Assembly (NCBI GenBank): GCA_963830865.1
Contig: CAWHNU010000005.1
Coordinates: forward strand, 214,715 to 278,714
Length of the DNA: 64,000 nucleotides
Source of the DNA: an uncultured Acidimicrobiales bacterium
GTDB lineage: Bacteria; Actinomycetota; Acidimicrobiia; Acidimicrobiales; VFJN01
Reading direction: 5' to 3'
Notes under the pieces: generated by a model
Database searches by the model: none
What the model saw: only the letters and a program-made list of their open reading frames with translations
What the model was told of the DNA's origin: nothing
Shown: piece after piece, positions 16,175 to 24,947 of the stretch
Position numbering within the stretch: position 1 is the first letter of the stretch
Layout of the letters: each line of letters starts with the position of its first letter
Translations under genes and position numbers: made by a program

Positions 16175-16852
16175 GTGCCGGTGAGCGGGGGGTACGGTGC
16201 GCCCGTGTCCGAGCCGCCCAAAGAGCTGCGGAAGCGCTTCCACCAGCAGCTCGCCGAGATCGACGCCAAGGTCATCCGGCTGTTCGCGCTCGTCACCGAG
16301 GGCGTCGCGGCGGCCAGCCACGCCCTGCTCGCCGGCGACGTCGAGATCGCCCGGGCGATGTCGGCCCGGGACGCCTCGGTCGACCAGCTGGAGGCCGACG
16401 TCGAGCAGATCGCCGAGCGCGAGCTGCTGACGCAGACGCCGATGGCGCGGGACATGCGCTTCCTCGTGTCGGTGCTGCGCGTGGTGCCCGAGCTGGAGCG
16501 CAGCGGCGACCTCGCCGAGCACATCGCCCAGCGGGCCGCCCACGGCCTGGCCGAGCGCCTGACCCCGACCGTGCGGGGCCTGCTCGAGGAGATGGCGGCC
16601 ATCTGCTCGGACATGTGGCGCCGGGCCGGCGATGCCTGGGCCGAGCGGAACGGCGCCGTCGCCGCCGAGCTCGACAAGGCCGACGACCGCCTCGACGACC
16701 TGCACGACGCCCTGGTCGCCGAGCTGGAGTCGGCCGACATCGCGCTGGCCGACGCGCTGCAGACCACGCTGGTCGCCCGCTTCTACGAGCGGCTCGGCGA
16801 CCACGCGGTCCACATCAGCGAGCGGATCTGCTACCTCGCCCACGGAACCTGA
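16175..16852 (+). CDS. phoU: phosphate signalling complex protein PhoU
   Basis: Track ORF of 225 aa containing two PhoU repeats (ERELLTQTPMARDMRFLVSVLRVVPELERSGDLAEHIA; RFYERLGDHAVHISERI). The start is uncertain; an alternative GTG lies at 16205. Confidence 0.85.
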   Translation: MPVSGGYGAPVSEPPKELRKRFHQQLAEIDAKVIRLFALVTEGVAAASHALLAGDVEIARAMSARDASVDQLEADVEQIAERELLTQTPMARDMRFLVSVLRVVPELERSGDLAEHIAQRAAHGLAERLTPTVRGLLEEMAAICSDMWRRAGDAWAERNGAVAAELDKADDRLDDLHDALVAELESADIALADALQTTLVARFYERLGDHAVHISERICYLAHGT

Positions 16853-16919
16853 CCCACCAGGCGGTTCCGCCGGCGGGCCGGATTCCGACCGCGCGGTAAC
16901 CCGCTTCTAACCTCGCTGC

Positions 16920-17813
16920 ATGGCAGATCTCGGATTCGACGGGAAGGTCGCGATCATCACCGGGGCCGGCGGCGGGCTCGGCCGTGCCCACGCGCTGGAG
17001 CTGGCCCGGCGGGGAGCGCTGGTCGTCGTGAACGACCTCGGCGGCTCGGTCGACGGCACCGGGAGCGGCACGACCGCCGCCCAGGCGGTGGTCGACGAGA
17101 TCACCGCCGCGGGCGGCGAGGCGGTGCCCAACTACGACTCGGTGGCGACGCCCGAGGGCGGCCGGGCCATCGTCCAGACCGCGCTCGACGCCTGGGGCCG
17201 GGTCGACGTGATCGTGAACAACGCCGGCATCCTGCGCGATGCCTCGTTCAAGAACATGGACGCCGACAAGTTGAACCCCGTGCTCGACGTCCACCTGCGG
17301 GGCGCGTTCAACGTCACCCAGCCGGCCTGGGAGGGCATGCGCGAGCGGGGCTACGGCCGCATCGTGTGCACCTCGTCGGGCGCCGGCGTGTTCGGCAACT
17401 TCGGCCAGACCAACTACGGGGCCGCCAAGATGGGCCTGGTCGGCCTGACCCGGGTGCTGGCGGTCGAGGGCGCCAAGAGCAACATCAAGGCCAACGCCAT
17501 CGCCCCGGTCGCCAAGACCCGCATGACCGAGGACATCCTCGGACCGGTGGCCGACAGGCTGCTGCCCGAGATGGTGACGCCGCTGGTGGCGTTCCTGGCG
17601 CACGAGGACTGCCCGGTCACCGGCGAGCTGTACTCGGTCGGCGGCGGCCGGGTGGCCCGGGTGTTCCTCGGGGTGACCCGGGGCATCGCGGATCCGGCCC
17701 TCACCGTCGAGGCGGTGCGCGACCGGTTCGACGAGATCCGTGACGAGGAGGGCTACGAGGTGCCGGCCAACCTCAACGAGGAGCTGATGCTGGCGCTCAA
17801 GTCGCTGGGCTGA
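16920..17813 (+). CDS. SDR, MFE-2 / 17-beta-HSD4-like (paralog of 5200..6102)
   Basis: Track ORF of 297 aa. Carries KVAIITGAGGGLG, VVVNDLGG, NNAGILRD, YGAAKMG. Confidence 0.9.
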   Translation: MADLGFDGKVAIITGAGGGLGRAHALELARRGALVVVNDLGGSVDGTGSGTTAAQAVVDEITAAGGEAVPNYDSVATPEGGRAIVQTALDAWGRVDVIVNNAGILRDASFKNMDADKLNPVLDVHLRGAFNVTQPAWEGMRERGYGRIVCTSSGAGVFGNFGQTNYGAAKMGLVGLTRVLAVEGAKSNIKANAIAPVAKTRMTEDILGPVADRLLPEMVTPLVAFLAHEDCPVTGELYSVGGGRVARVFLGVTRGIADPALTVEAVRDRFDEIRDEEGYEVPANLNEELMLALKSLG

Positions 17814-17829
17814 GACAAAGGTCACCGTT

Positions 17830-17871
17830 GTTGTCGATGCATTGGCGATATATCGTCAATGCATCGACAAC
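17830..17871. promoter_or_regulatory. 42-bp near-perfect AT-rich palindrome, candidate PadR operator/promoter
   Basis: GTTGTCGATGCATTG-gCGATATATCGt-CAATGCATCGACAAC. The 15-bp arms are perfect and the central CGATATATCG is itself palindromic. It ends 21 nt before the padR-like ATG at 17893. Confidence 0.6.
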
Positions 17872-17892
17872 GACCCCCGTGAGGAGCCCGCC

Positions 17893-18570
17893 ATGTCCCC
17901 CCATCGCAGCCGCTCCGGCGACTTCCGTGGTCGCCCCCCGACCTTCGCCATGTGGATGCCCCCGTTCCCACCCCCCGGGTTCGGCCCCGGTCCCGGCCCC
18001 GGCTGGGGCCGCGGCCGGCGCGGCCCGGGCGGCCGTGGTGGCCGCGGCCGGCGCGGCCGGCGCGGCGACGTCCGCACCGCCGTGCTCGCCCTGCTCGCCG
18101 AGCGGCCGATGCACGGCTACGAGATGATCCAGGAGCTCGACGCCCGCACCGGCGGCCTGTGGCGGCCCAGCCCCGGCTCGGTCTACCCGACCCTCCAGAT
18201 GCTGGAGGACGAGGGCCTGATCGTCAGCGACAAGGCCGAGGGCCGCAAGCGCTTCAGCCTCACCGACGCTGGCCAGGAGGCCGCTGCGGCGGCGGCCGCC
18301 GCCCCGCCGTGGGCCGACATCGCCGACGACACGGTGGCGGCGGCCCACGACCTGCGCCGGGCGTCGGTCGGCATCATGACCGCCCTCGCCGAGGTCAACC
18401 TGGCCGGCACCGCCAGCCAGCAGGCGCGGGCGCTCGAGCTGCTCAACGACACCAAGCGCAAGCTGTACGCCATCCTGGCCGAGGCGGACGTGCCCCAGGA
18501 CGCGCCGCCGGCGGACACCCCGCCCCAGGACGCCCCGCCCCAGGACGCCCCGCCGGAGGAAACGGTCTAG
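17893..18570 (+). CDS. PadR-family transcriptional regulator with a Gly/Arg/Pro-rich N-terminal extension
   Basis: ATG at 17893 preceded by GAGGAG, inside track ORF 17842..18570. Winged-helix core is LALLAERPMHGYEMIQELDARTGGLWRPSPGSVYPTLQMLEDEGLI. Confidence 0.85.
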   Translation: MSPHRSRSGDFRGRPPTFAMWMPPFPPPGFGPGPGPGWGRGRRGPGGRGGRGRRGRRGDVRTAVLALLAERPMHGYEMIQELDARTGGLWRPSPGSVYPTLQMLEDEGLIVSDKAEGRKRFSLTDAGQEAAAAAAAAPPWADIADDTVAAAHDLRRASVGIMTALAEVNLAGTASQQARALELLNDTKRKLYAILAEADVPQDAPPADTPPQDAPPQDAPPEETV

Positions 18571-18965
18571 GCCCGAGCGTGGGCGACCCGGACGGCCCGC
18601 AGCACCAGCGGCACCTGCAGCGGCAGGCGGGCGATGCCGAGCACCCGGAACACCCCGGGAGGCATGCCCGCCGCCGCCTGGTGCTCGGTCCCGGCGTCCA
18701 GCACCATCTGCACGTTGGCCGGGAACACGGCCACCAGCAGGGCGGCGGTCAGCCAACCACCGGCGGCCTGCGTCTTCCTCCGGAGCAGGAGGCCGCCGCA
18801 CACCAGCTCGGCGACGCCGCTCGCGAGCACGACCCGCTTCCGGTCGCCGACCCCGCGGGGCACGATCCGGGCATAGAGCCCGGGCACGAGGAAGTGCAGC
18901 ACCCCGGACCCGAGCATGATCGCCGCCAGTCCGAGTCGCGACCGGCGGGCTGCGTCGTCCTCCAC
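18567..18965 (-). CDS. DoxX-like family membrane protein
   Basis: Track ORF of 132 aa with 3-4 TM segments. Carries GVLHFLVPGLYARIVP...SGVAELVCG...VFPANVQM. Confidence 0.65.
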   Translation of the reverse strand: MEDDAARRSRLGLAAIMLGSGVLHFLVPGLYARIVPRGVGDRKRVVLASGVAELVCGGLLLRRKTQAAGGWLTAALLVAVFPANVQMVLDAGTEHQAAAGMPPGVFRVLGIARLPLQVPLVLRAVRVAHARA

Positions 18966-18971
18966 GGGCCG

Positions 18972-19577
18972 TCAAGCTAGCGGGCGTCGGAGCAACGCCC
19001 GGACCGCCCGGACGAGCACCGCCCGGGCCTGATCGATGGGCTCGCCCGCCTCGGCCCGGAGGGCGTCCCACATGCCCCACGACGACACCGCGGCCAGCGC
19101 GTCCAGCAGCTCGCGGCGGGCCGCGCCGGGGAGCGTGGCCAGCTCGGGGGCGAACGTCGCCTCGACCTCCCGGCGCAGGAAGGCCGACCCGAGGGCGACG
19201 GCTTCGTCCAGCTCCGGGGCGAACGGCCCGTGCACCGCGGCGGCCCGGCGGAACGGGGTCACGGCCTCGAGCAGCGCGCTGCGGTGCGCGGTGAACGCGA
19301 GGATGCGCTCGTCGAGCGGCAGCTTGCGATCGATCGGCACGACCAGCGCCGCCAGCCGCTCGACCACGCGGCGGATCACCGCGGTGTGCAGCGCGTGCAG
19401 GTCGTCGAAGTGTTGGAACACCGACCGCACCGACACGCCCGCCCGCTCGGCGACCCGCGGCGCGGTCGGCCGGACATCGCCCTCCTCGACGAGGGCGATG
19501 CAGGCGTCCACGATGGCGTCGCGGGTGCGGGCCGCTCGTGCCGCCCGGCCATCGGATGGGACCGCCGCGACGTGCAC
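18972..19577 (-). CDS. TetR/AcrR-family transcriptional regulator
   Basis: Track ORF of 201 aa. HTH is RVAERAGVSVRSVFQHFDD. Confidence 0.85.
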   Translation of the reverse strand: MHVAAVPSDGRAARAARTRDAIVDACIALVEEGDVRPTAPRVAERAGVSVRSVFQHFDDLHALHTAVIRRVVERLAALVVPIDRKLPLDERILAFTAHRSALLEAVTPFRRAAAVHGPFAPELDEAVALGSAFLRREVEATFAPELATLPGAARRELLDALAAVSSWGMWDALRAEAGEPIDQARAVLVRAVRALLRRPLA

Positions 19578-19589
19578 TGGCCAGGCAAT

Positions 19590-19985
19590 CTAGCCGGGCG
19601 CGTCGGGCGCCACGGGGCTGCCGTGGTGCAGCACCATGAGCCAGCGCCCGCCGATCCGCCGGAAGACGTTCACCGCGGCCACCGTCGCGCCCAGCTGGTC
19701 GCTGATGAGGTTCTCGTCGACGGTCACCCAGGCGACCTCGCCGTCGAGGTGGACCCGCTCGTCGGTCAGGATGAACTGGAGCTGCTGGGGGCCGCCGAAC
19801 AGCGCGAACCACGAGCCGGCCACCGCACCCCAGCCGTGCAGGGTCTTCCAGCCGGGATGGGTGCACACGACGCCGTCGTCGTGGTGCCAGAGGTCGGACA
19901 TCGCGTCGAGGTCGCGGCGCTCGAAGGCGTCGTAGTAGGCCTGGTTGGCGGCCTTCACGGCCTCGACGTCGACGAGCTCGGCCAT
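19590..19985 (-). CDS. SnoaL-like / NTF2-fold protein
   Basis: Track ORF of 131 aa. Carries NQAYYDAFERRDLDAMSDLWHHDDGVVCTHPGW. Confidence 0.75.
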   Translation of the reverse strand: MAELVDVEAVKAANQAYYDAFERRDLDAMSDLWHHDDGVVCTHPGWKTLHGWGAVAGSWFALFGGPQQLQFILTDERVHLDGEVAWVTVDENLISDQLGATVAAVNVFRRIGGRWLMVLHHGSPVAPDAPG

Positions 19986-20062
19986 CGGCCGACGACCCTA
20001 CCGGCGCCGCCGCCGCGTGCCCCGGTTGGGCCGCCGGCGGGCAGCGCTGCCAGCATGGTCCG

Positions 20063-20941
20063 ATGTCCTCCCGGCCCCAGGCGCCCGTCCCCCCGGCCCC
20101 GGTCCCGGTGCGCTCCGTGCCGTCGAGCGACGGCGTGACGATCGCACTGCACGACCTGGGCGGCGAGGGGCCGCCGGTTCTGTACTGCCACCCCACCGGG
20201 TTCCTGGCGATGACATGGGCGCCGCTGGCGGCCGAGCTGGCCCCGGTGTCACACGGCTGGGCGCTCGACTTCCGGGGCCACGGCGACAGCACCGAGCCGG
20301 CATCGGCCGACCTGGCGTGGCGGGGCATGGCCGACGACGTCCTGGCGGTCGTCGACGCCCTGGGCGCCACCGGGATCGGCGGGGTCGGCCACTCGATGGG
20401 CGGGACGGCCCTGGTCATGGCCGAGCAGCGCCGGCCGGGCACCTTCTCGGCGCTGTGGCTCTACGAGCCGATCCTGGTCCCGGGGTCGGGCCGGCTGCCC
20501 GCCGGGAACGTCAACCCGATGGCGGAGACGGCCCGCCGGCGCCGCCCGTGGTTCCCCGACCGGGCCGCCGCATGGGCCAACTTCTCGGCCAAGCCGCCGC
20601 TGTCCGGGCTGGCGCCCGCGGCCCTGGCGGCCTACGTCGAGCACGGCCTGCGGGAGCGGCCCGACGGCGGGGCGGTCGAGCTCAAGTGCCGCCCGGAGAC
20701 CGAGGCCCGGGTGTTCGAGGGCGGGTTCGGCAGCGGCGCGTTCGACCGGCTCGGGGAGGTCGGGTGCCCGGTGACGGTGGCGATCGGGGGCAGCGGCGGG
20801 CCCGCCGGCTGGGGCCCGGCGGTCGCGGAGGCCCTGCCGCGGGGCCGCCTGGAGCGCCACGCCGAGCTGACCCACTTCGGCCCGATGGAGGACCCGCCGG
20901 CGATGGCCGCCGCGGTCCGGGCCACCCTCACGCTCGGGTGA
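20063..20941 (+). CDS. alpha/beta hydrolase
   Basis: Track ORF of 292 aa with nucleophile elbow GVGHSMGG. Confidence 0.85.
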   Translation: MSSRPQAPVPPAPVPVRSVPSSDGVTIALHDLGGEGPPVLYCHPTGFLAMTWAPLAAELAPVSHGWALDFRGHGDSTEPASADLAWRGMADDVLAVVDALGATGIGGVGHSMGGTALVMAEQRRPGTFSALWLYEPILVPGSGRLPAGNVNPMAETARRRRPWFPDRAAAWANFSAKPPLSGLAPAALAAYVEHGLRERPDGGAVELKCRPETEARVFEGGFGSGAFDRLGEVGCPVTVAIGGSGGPAGWGPAVAEALPRGRLERHAELTHFGPMEDPPAMAAAVRATLTLG

Positions 20942-20959
20942 ACGGCGGGTCCGCGTCGC

Positions 20960-20981
20960 TGTCATACCCCGGGCGTACATT
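20960..20981 (+). promoter_or_regulatory. RecA-NDp/PafBC-like promoter: TGTCATAC-N8-TACATT, 6 nt before the ATG (leaderless geometry)
   Basis: Read directly. The 12-mer CTGTCATACCCC at 20959-20970 is identical to the one at 36999-37010 and sits at the same distance from an ATG. Confidence 0.5.
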
Positions 20982-20987
20982 CGGGTC

Positions 20988-21872
20988 ATGGTCTTCGAGG
21001 TCCCCCGGTCGCTCAGCCCCTCCAAGGTGTCGTCGTTCACCGACTGCGCGCTGGCGTTCCGGTTCTCGGTGATCGACCGGCTGCCCGAGCCGCCGTCGGT
21101 GGCGGCCACCAAGGGCAACCTGGTGCACGCCGCGCTCGAACGCCTGCACCTGCTGGCGCCGGCCGAGCGCACGCCGGAGGCGGCCCTGACCTGCCTCGAT
21201 CAGGCCGCGGAGGCGCTGGTCGACCACCCCGAGTACACGGGCCTCGGCCTCACGGCCGAGGACGAGGCCGCGTTCCGGGCCGACGCGGCCGAGCTGGTCC
21301 GCAACTACTTCCGGCTGGAGGACCCGCGGCGGGTCCGGACGATCGGGCTGGAGCTGCAGGTCGAGGCCGAGATCGACGGCATCCGGCTGCGGGGCATCAT
21401 CGACCGGCTCGAGCTCGACGACGACGGCGAGCTGGTCGTGACCGACTACAAGACGGGCGCCGCCCCGTCCGAGCACCACGAGCGCAAGCGGCTGGCCGGC
21501 GTCCACATCTACTCGCTGCTGTGCGAGCAGCTCCTCGGCCGGCGGCCCCGCCACGTCCAGCTGCTCTACCTGCGGGCGCCGCTCGCCATCACCACCCGGC
21601 CGAGCGATCGCTCCACCCGCGGCACCCGCCGCACGCTGACGGCGGTGTGGCAGGCGGTCGAGCGGGCGTGCGAGCGCGAGGACTTCCGGCCCCAGACGTC
21701 GCGGCTGTGCGACTACTGCGCGTTCCAGGCGTACTGCCCGGCCTACGGGGGCGACCCCGACGAGGCCCGTGCGCTGGCCGAGGCCCGGCGCCAGGCCCGC
21801 GCCGACCGCGCGGCCCTCGAAGCCGGCGAGGTCGGCGTGGCGCTGCCGGCGCCTGTCGCCATTCCGGCCTAG
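20988..21872 (+). CDS. RecB-family PD-(D/E)XK nuclease (Cas4-like Cys cluster)
   Basis: Track ORF of 294 aa. Carries SPSKVSSFTDCALAFRF, IDRLELDDDGELVVTDYKTG and C-terminal CDYCAFQAYCP. Confidence 0.85.
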   Translation: MVFEVPRSLSPSKVSSFTDCALAFRFSVIDRLPEPPSVAATKGNLVHAALERLHLLAPAERTPEAALTCLDQAAEALVDHPEYTGLGLTAEDEAAFRADAAELVRNYFRLEDPRRVRTIGLELQVEAEIDGIRLRGIIDRLELDDDGELVVTDYKTGAAPSEHHERKRLAGVHIYSLLCEQLLGRRPRHVQLLYLRAPLAITTRPSDRSTRGTRRTLTAVWQAVERACEREDFRPQTSRLCDYCAFQAYCPAYGGDPDEARALAEARRQARADRAALEAGEVGVALPAPVAIPA

Positions 21873-21906
21873 GGCTACCGCCCCCCACCGGTAGGCTCGC
21901 CGCCCG

Positions 21907-22509
21907 ATGCCCGGACCTGCGCCCGGCCGCCTGCACCGCGTGACCCGGGCCGTCGCCCGGTTCGACGCCGCGATCGACACCCGGGTCGATGGGTTCCGCG
22001 GCCATCCCCACATCGACCGGGTGATGTACGCCGCGTCCGAGCTGGGCGACTTCAGCCTGATCTGGCACCTGGTCAGCACCACCCGGGCGCTGGGCCCCGA
22101 TCGGCGGCTGGTCCACGCCGTGCGGGTCGCCGCCGTGCTCGGCGCCGAGTCGGCCCTGGTCAACGGGCCCGTCAAGAGCCTGTTCCGCCGGCACCGGCCC
22201 GCCTGGGAGCAGGAGCGGCCCCGCAAGCTGCGCCGGCCCCGCACCACCAGCTTTCCCTCCGGGCACGCGTCCTCGGCGTTCGTGGCCGCCGGCCTCCTGT
22301 CCCAGTCCGACCCGCTGTGGCCGCTGTACTACGCGATCGCCGCCGTGGTCGCCTCCAGCCGGGTGTACGTGAAGATCCACCACCCCTCCGACGTGGTCGC
22401 CGGGGCGCTGCTCGGCATCGCCCTGGCCCGGATCGCACGGCGCGTGCTGGCCGATTCCACCGGTGGGAGGGAATGCGACGCAGGTCACGCGGGGTTGGGG
22501 CAAGAGATG
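21907..22509 (+). CDS. PAP2-family phosphatase; there is no in-frame stop before the next gene, so the 3' end is uncertain
   Basis: N-terminal 200 codons of track ORF 21907..23106. PAP2 motifs are KSLFRRHRP, SFPSGHAS and SRVYVKIHHPSDV. A TGA overlapping the downstream ATG (ATGA at 22507-22510) exists only in another frame. Confidence 0.7.
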
Positions 22510-23106
22510 ACCGACTTCTCCGTCAACTGGGACTATCGCTGCCCGTTCGCCCGCAACGCCCACGAGCACCTCGTCGCCGGCCTGCGCGCCGGGGCCCCGT
22601 GGAACGTGCGATTCGTGCCGTTCTCGCTGGGGCAGGTGCACGTGCCCGAGGGCGAGCCCGACATCTGGGGCCGCCCGCAGGACGACAAGGGCCTCCTGGC
22701 CCTCCAGGTGGGCGTGGTGGTGCGGGACCGCTTCCCCGACCGGTTCCTCGACGTCCACGAAGCGATCTTCGCCCTGCGCCACGACGAGGGCCGCCACATC
22801 GAGGACGAGGACGAGCTGCGCAAGCTGCTCGTCGACCACGGCGTCGACGCCGAGGCCGTCTTCGCCGAGGTCGACAGCGGCGCGGCGCTGGACACCGTGC
22901 GCGTCGAGCACACCGCCAGCGTCGACGAGTCCGAGTGCTGGGGCGTCCCCACGTTCATCCAGGGGGACCAGGCCGTGTTCGTGCGGCTGATGCATCGCCC
23001 CCGGGGCGACGCCGACGTCGCCGTCCGCACGATCGACCGGGTGGTCGCGCTGCTCGGCGACTTCCCCGAGCTCAACGAGTTCAAGCACACCTCGCGCAAG
23101 CGGTAG
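22507..23106 (+). CDS. DsbA-like thioredoxin-fold protein (single-Cys CPFA motif)
   Basis: Internal ATG of track ORF 21907..23106. It starts MTDFSVNWDYRCPFARNAHEH and contains WGVPTF; the length is typical of stand-alone actinobacterial DsbA-family proteins. Confidence 0.75.
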   Translation: MTDFSVNWDYRCPFARNAHEHLVAGLRAGAPWNVRFVPFSLGQVHVPEGEPDIWGRPQDDKGLLALQVGVVVRDRFPDRFLDVHEAIFALRHDEGRHIEDEDELRKLLVDHGVDAEAVFAEVDSGAALDTVRVEHTASVDESECWGVPTFIQGDQAVFVRLMHRPRGDADVAVRTIDRVVALLGDFPELNEFKHTSRKR

Positions 23107-23141
23107 CCCCTCGCCGGGGCGGGCGCGAGGCGCCGGGCCGG

Positions 23142-23345
23142 TCAGCCGACGGGGACGGCGTCGTCGCGCTCGCCCGCGGACGCGGGCTGCGCCAGCAGGG
23201 TGCGCACGTCGAGGAGCAGGTCGGCGACCTCGTTCGACGACACCAGCTCGCGGTGCCCCAGCGCTCCCAGACCCCGGTCGATGACGGCCAAGGCCTCGCT
23301 GATCACCTCGTCGAGTGCACGGGTCTCGGTCACGACGAACACCAT
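23142..23345 (-). CDS. hypothetical small protein (67 aa)
   Basis: Internal ATG of track ORF 23142..23486. The full ORF would abut the kinase start with no promoter space. I recognise no family. Confidence 0.3.
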   Translation of the reverse strand: MVFVVTETRALDEVISEALAVIDRGLGALGHRELVSSNEVADLLLDVRTLLAQPASAGERDDAVPVG

Positions 23346-23487
23346 ATCGGGCGATCGGCCCCCGAGGACGGCATCGACACAAACTCGTGCTGAGCGGACC
23401 GCGCATCCGGGCCGGGTCGCGCCCGGCTCGACCGGTGGCGCGTCGTAGCCTTTCGAGCGGTGCCCGACCACGACCTCGCCGTCCACC

Positions 23488-24921
23488 GTGGCCTATGACC
23501 TGATCGCCCGCCTCGGCCGTGGAGGCATGGGGGTCGTCGACCTCGCCCGCGACGCGGACGGCAAGAAGGTCGCGCTCAAGCGTCTGACCCTCCAGGGCTC
23601 GGCCGCGGACATCGCCCGCGCCCGCCAGCGGCTGCTGCGCGAGGCCGAGGTGCTCCGGCGCCTGCACCACCCCAACGTGGTCGGCCTGCTCGACGTCGTC
23701 GACGAGGGCGACGAGATCGTCCTCGTCATGCCCTACCTGTCCGGCGGCAGCCTGGCCGAGCGGGTCGCCCAGCACGGCCCGGCGCCGGCCGACGAGGTCG
23801 AGCGCCAGGCGCTGCGCCTGCTCGGCGCGCTGGCCTCGGCCCACCGGGCCGGCATCGTGCACCGCGACATCAAGCCGGCCAACGTCCTGTTCGACGAGCG
23901 GGGCGAGCCCTGCCTCGCCGACTTCGGCGTCGCCCTCAGCCGCGACCAGACCCATGGCCTGACCGTCGCCGGCATGGTGGTCGGGACCCCCGGGTTCATG
24001 GCCCCCGAGCAGGCTCGGGGCGAGCCGGTCTCGCCCGCCACCGACGTGTTCTCGCTGGGGGCGACGCTGCTGTTCGCCGCCACCGGCGACGGACCGTACG
24101 GCCAGGGCGACCCGGGCCTGCTGATGGTCCGGGCGGCCGCGGGGAAGATCGAGAAGGTGCCGCGGCGGCTGCCCAAGACGCTGCGGACGCTGATCGTGGC
24201 CATGCTCGACCCCCGTCCCGAGCGGCGGCCGACGGCGGCCTCGCTGGCCGGCGGGCCCGATGGCACCGTGGCCCGCACGCTGGAGCTGCGCCGGGTCCGG
24301 TTCCGCCAGCGCTGGTGGGCCGCGGTCGCCGTCGGGGCGGCCGCGATCGGCCTCCTGGCCGCGGCGGCCTGGCTCACCACGCGGGACGACGACGACACGG
24401 ACCCGCTGGTCGGCAACGGGGCGGCCGAGGAGCCGGGCGCCTGCACCGATCTCCCCTACCAGCCGTGCGGGCAGGCCGCGCCCGCCCCGGGCACCGACGG
24501 CGCGTCGTGCCTGCCCGACCGCGCCGACTACGACGGCGACACGGTCAACGGCTGCGAGGTCGAGGCCGACGGCGTCGACGGCGACCCGTTGGTCGACACG
24601 ATCGAGGCCAACATCGCCCCGGTCGACGACGTGGACACGTACCCGGTCGAGGTCGACGACAACCTCCAGGTCTTCTGCGACGGCCACCTCGCCATCCGCC
24701 TGGAGGCACCGCCGAACATCGTGCTCGGCCTCGAGGTGCGCGACGGCGACGACGAGCTGCTGGGCCGGGGCACCGCGATCGAGGGCGCCCCCGCCACGGT
24801 CGAGCTGGGCGAGGCCCGCTGCGGCGCCAACGACGCCACCACGCTGGAGGTCACGGTCCGGCCGCTGACCGACGACCGCACCGCCGAGAACTACCGGCTC
24901 AGCCGCGACGGCGACTTCTGA
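23488..24921 (+). CDS. Ser/Thr protein kinase with one TM and a Cys-containing acidic extracellular domain
   Basis: Track ORF of 477 aa with a GTG start. Carries GRGGMGVV, VALKR, HRDIKPANV, DFG and TPGFMAPE. The TM segment is WWAAVAVGAAAIGLLAAAAWL. Confidence 0.9.
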   Translation: MAYDLIARLGRGGMGVVDLARDADGKKVALKRLTLQGSAADIARARQRLLREAEVLRRLHHPNVVGLLDVVDEGDEIVLVMPYLSGGSLAERVAQHGPAPADEVERQALRLLGALASAHRAGIVHRDIKPANVLFDERGEPCLADFGVALSRDQTHGLTVAGMVVGTPGFMAPEQARGEPVSPATDVFSLGATLLFAATGDGPYGQGDPGLLMVRAAAGKIEKVPRRLPKTLRTLIVAMLDPRPERRPTAASLAGGPDGTVARTLELRRVRFRQRWWAAVAVGAAAIGLLAAAAWLTTRDDDDTDPLVGNGAAEEPGACTDLPYQPCGQAAPAPGTDGASCLPDRADYDGDTVNGCEVEADGVDGDPLVDTIEANIAPVDDVDTYPVEVDDNLQVFCDGHLAIRLEAPPNIVLGLEVRDGDDELLGRGTAIEGAPATVELGEARCGANDATTLEVTVRPLTDDRTAENYRLSRDGDF

Positions 24922-24947
24922 CCCGGCCGGCTCGACGCACACCGAGC

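Noticed and set aside
13220-16843. Very long ORFs in the track: 13220..16843(-) at 1207 aa, 21589..24942(-) at 1117 aa, 48972..52586(+) at 1204 aa, 17797..20442(-) at 881 aa, 55677..58496(-) at 939 aa, 27897..30164(-) at 755 aa, and 13327..16173(+) at 948 aa.
   Set aside because: They are antisense or off-frame relative to genes with clear family motifs. Their translations are Arg/Gly/Pro/Ala low-complexity sequence, typical of stop-codon depletion in very GC-rich DNA. The exception is the in-frame N-terminal segment of 55677..58496, which I used for imuB.
16175-16852. PhoU as a marker of a phosphate-uptake (pst) or two-component locus.
   Set aside because: No pstSCAB or phoR/phoP-like genes occur in the window, and the flanking genes are acyl-CoA metabolism genes. 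I treat it as an orphan phoU, which is common in actinobacteria.
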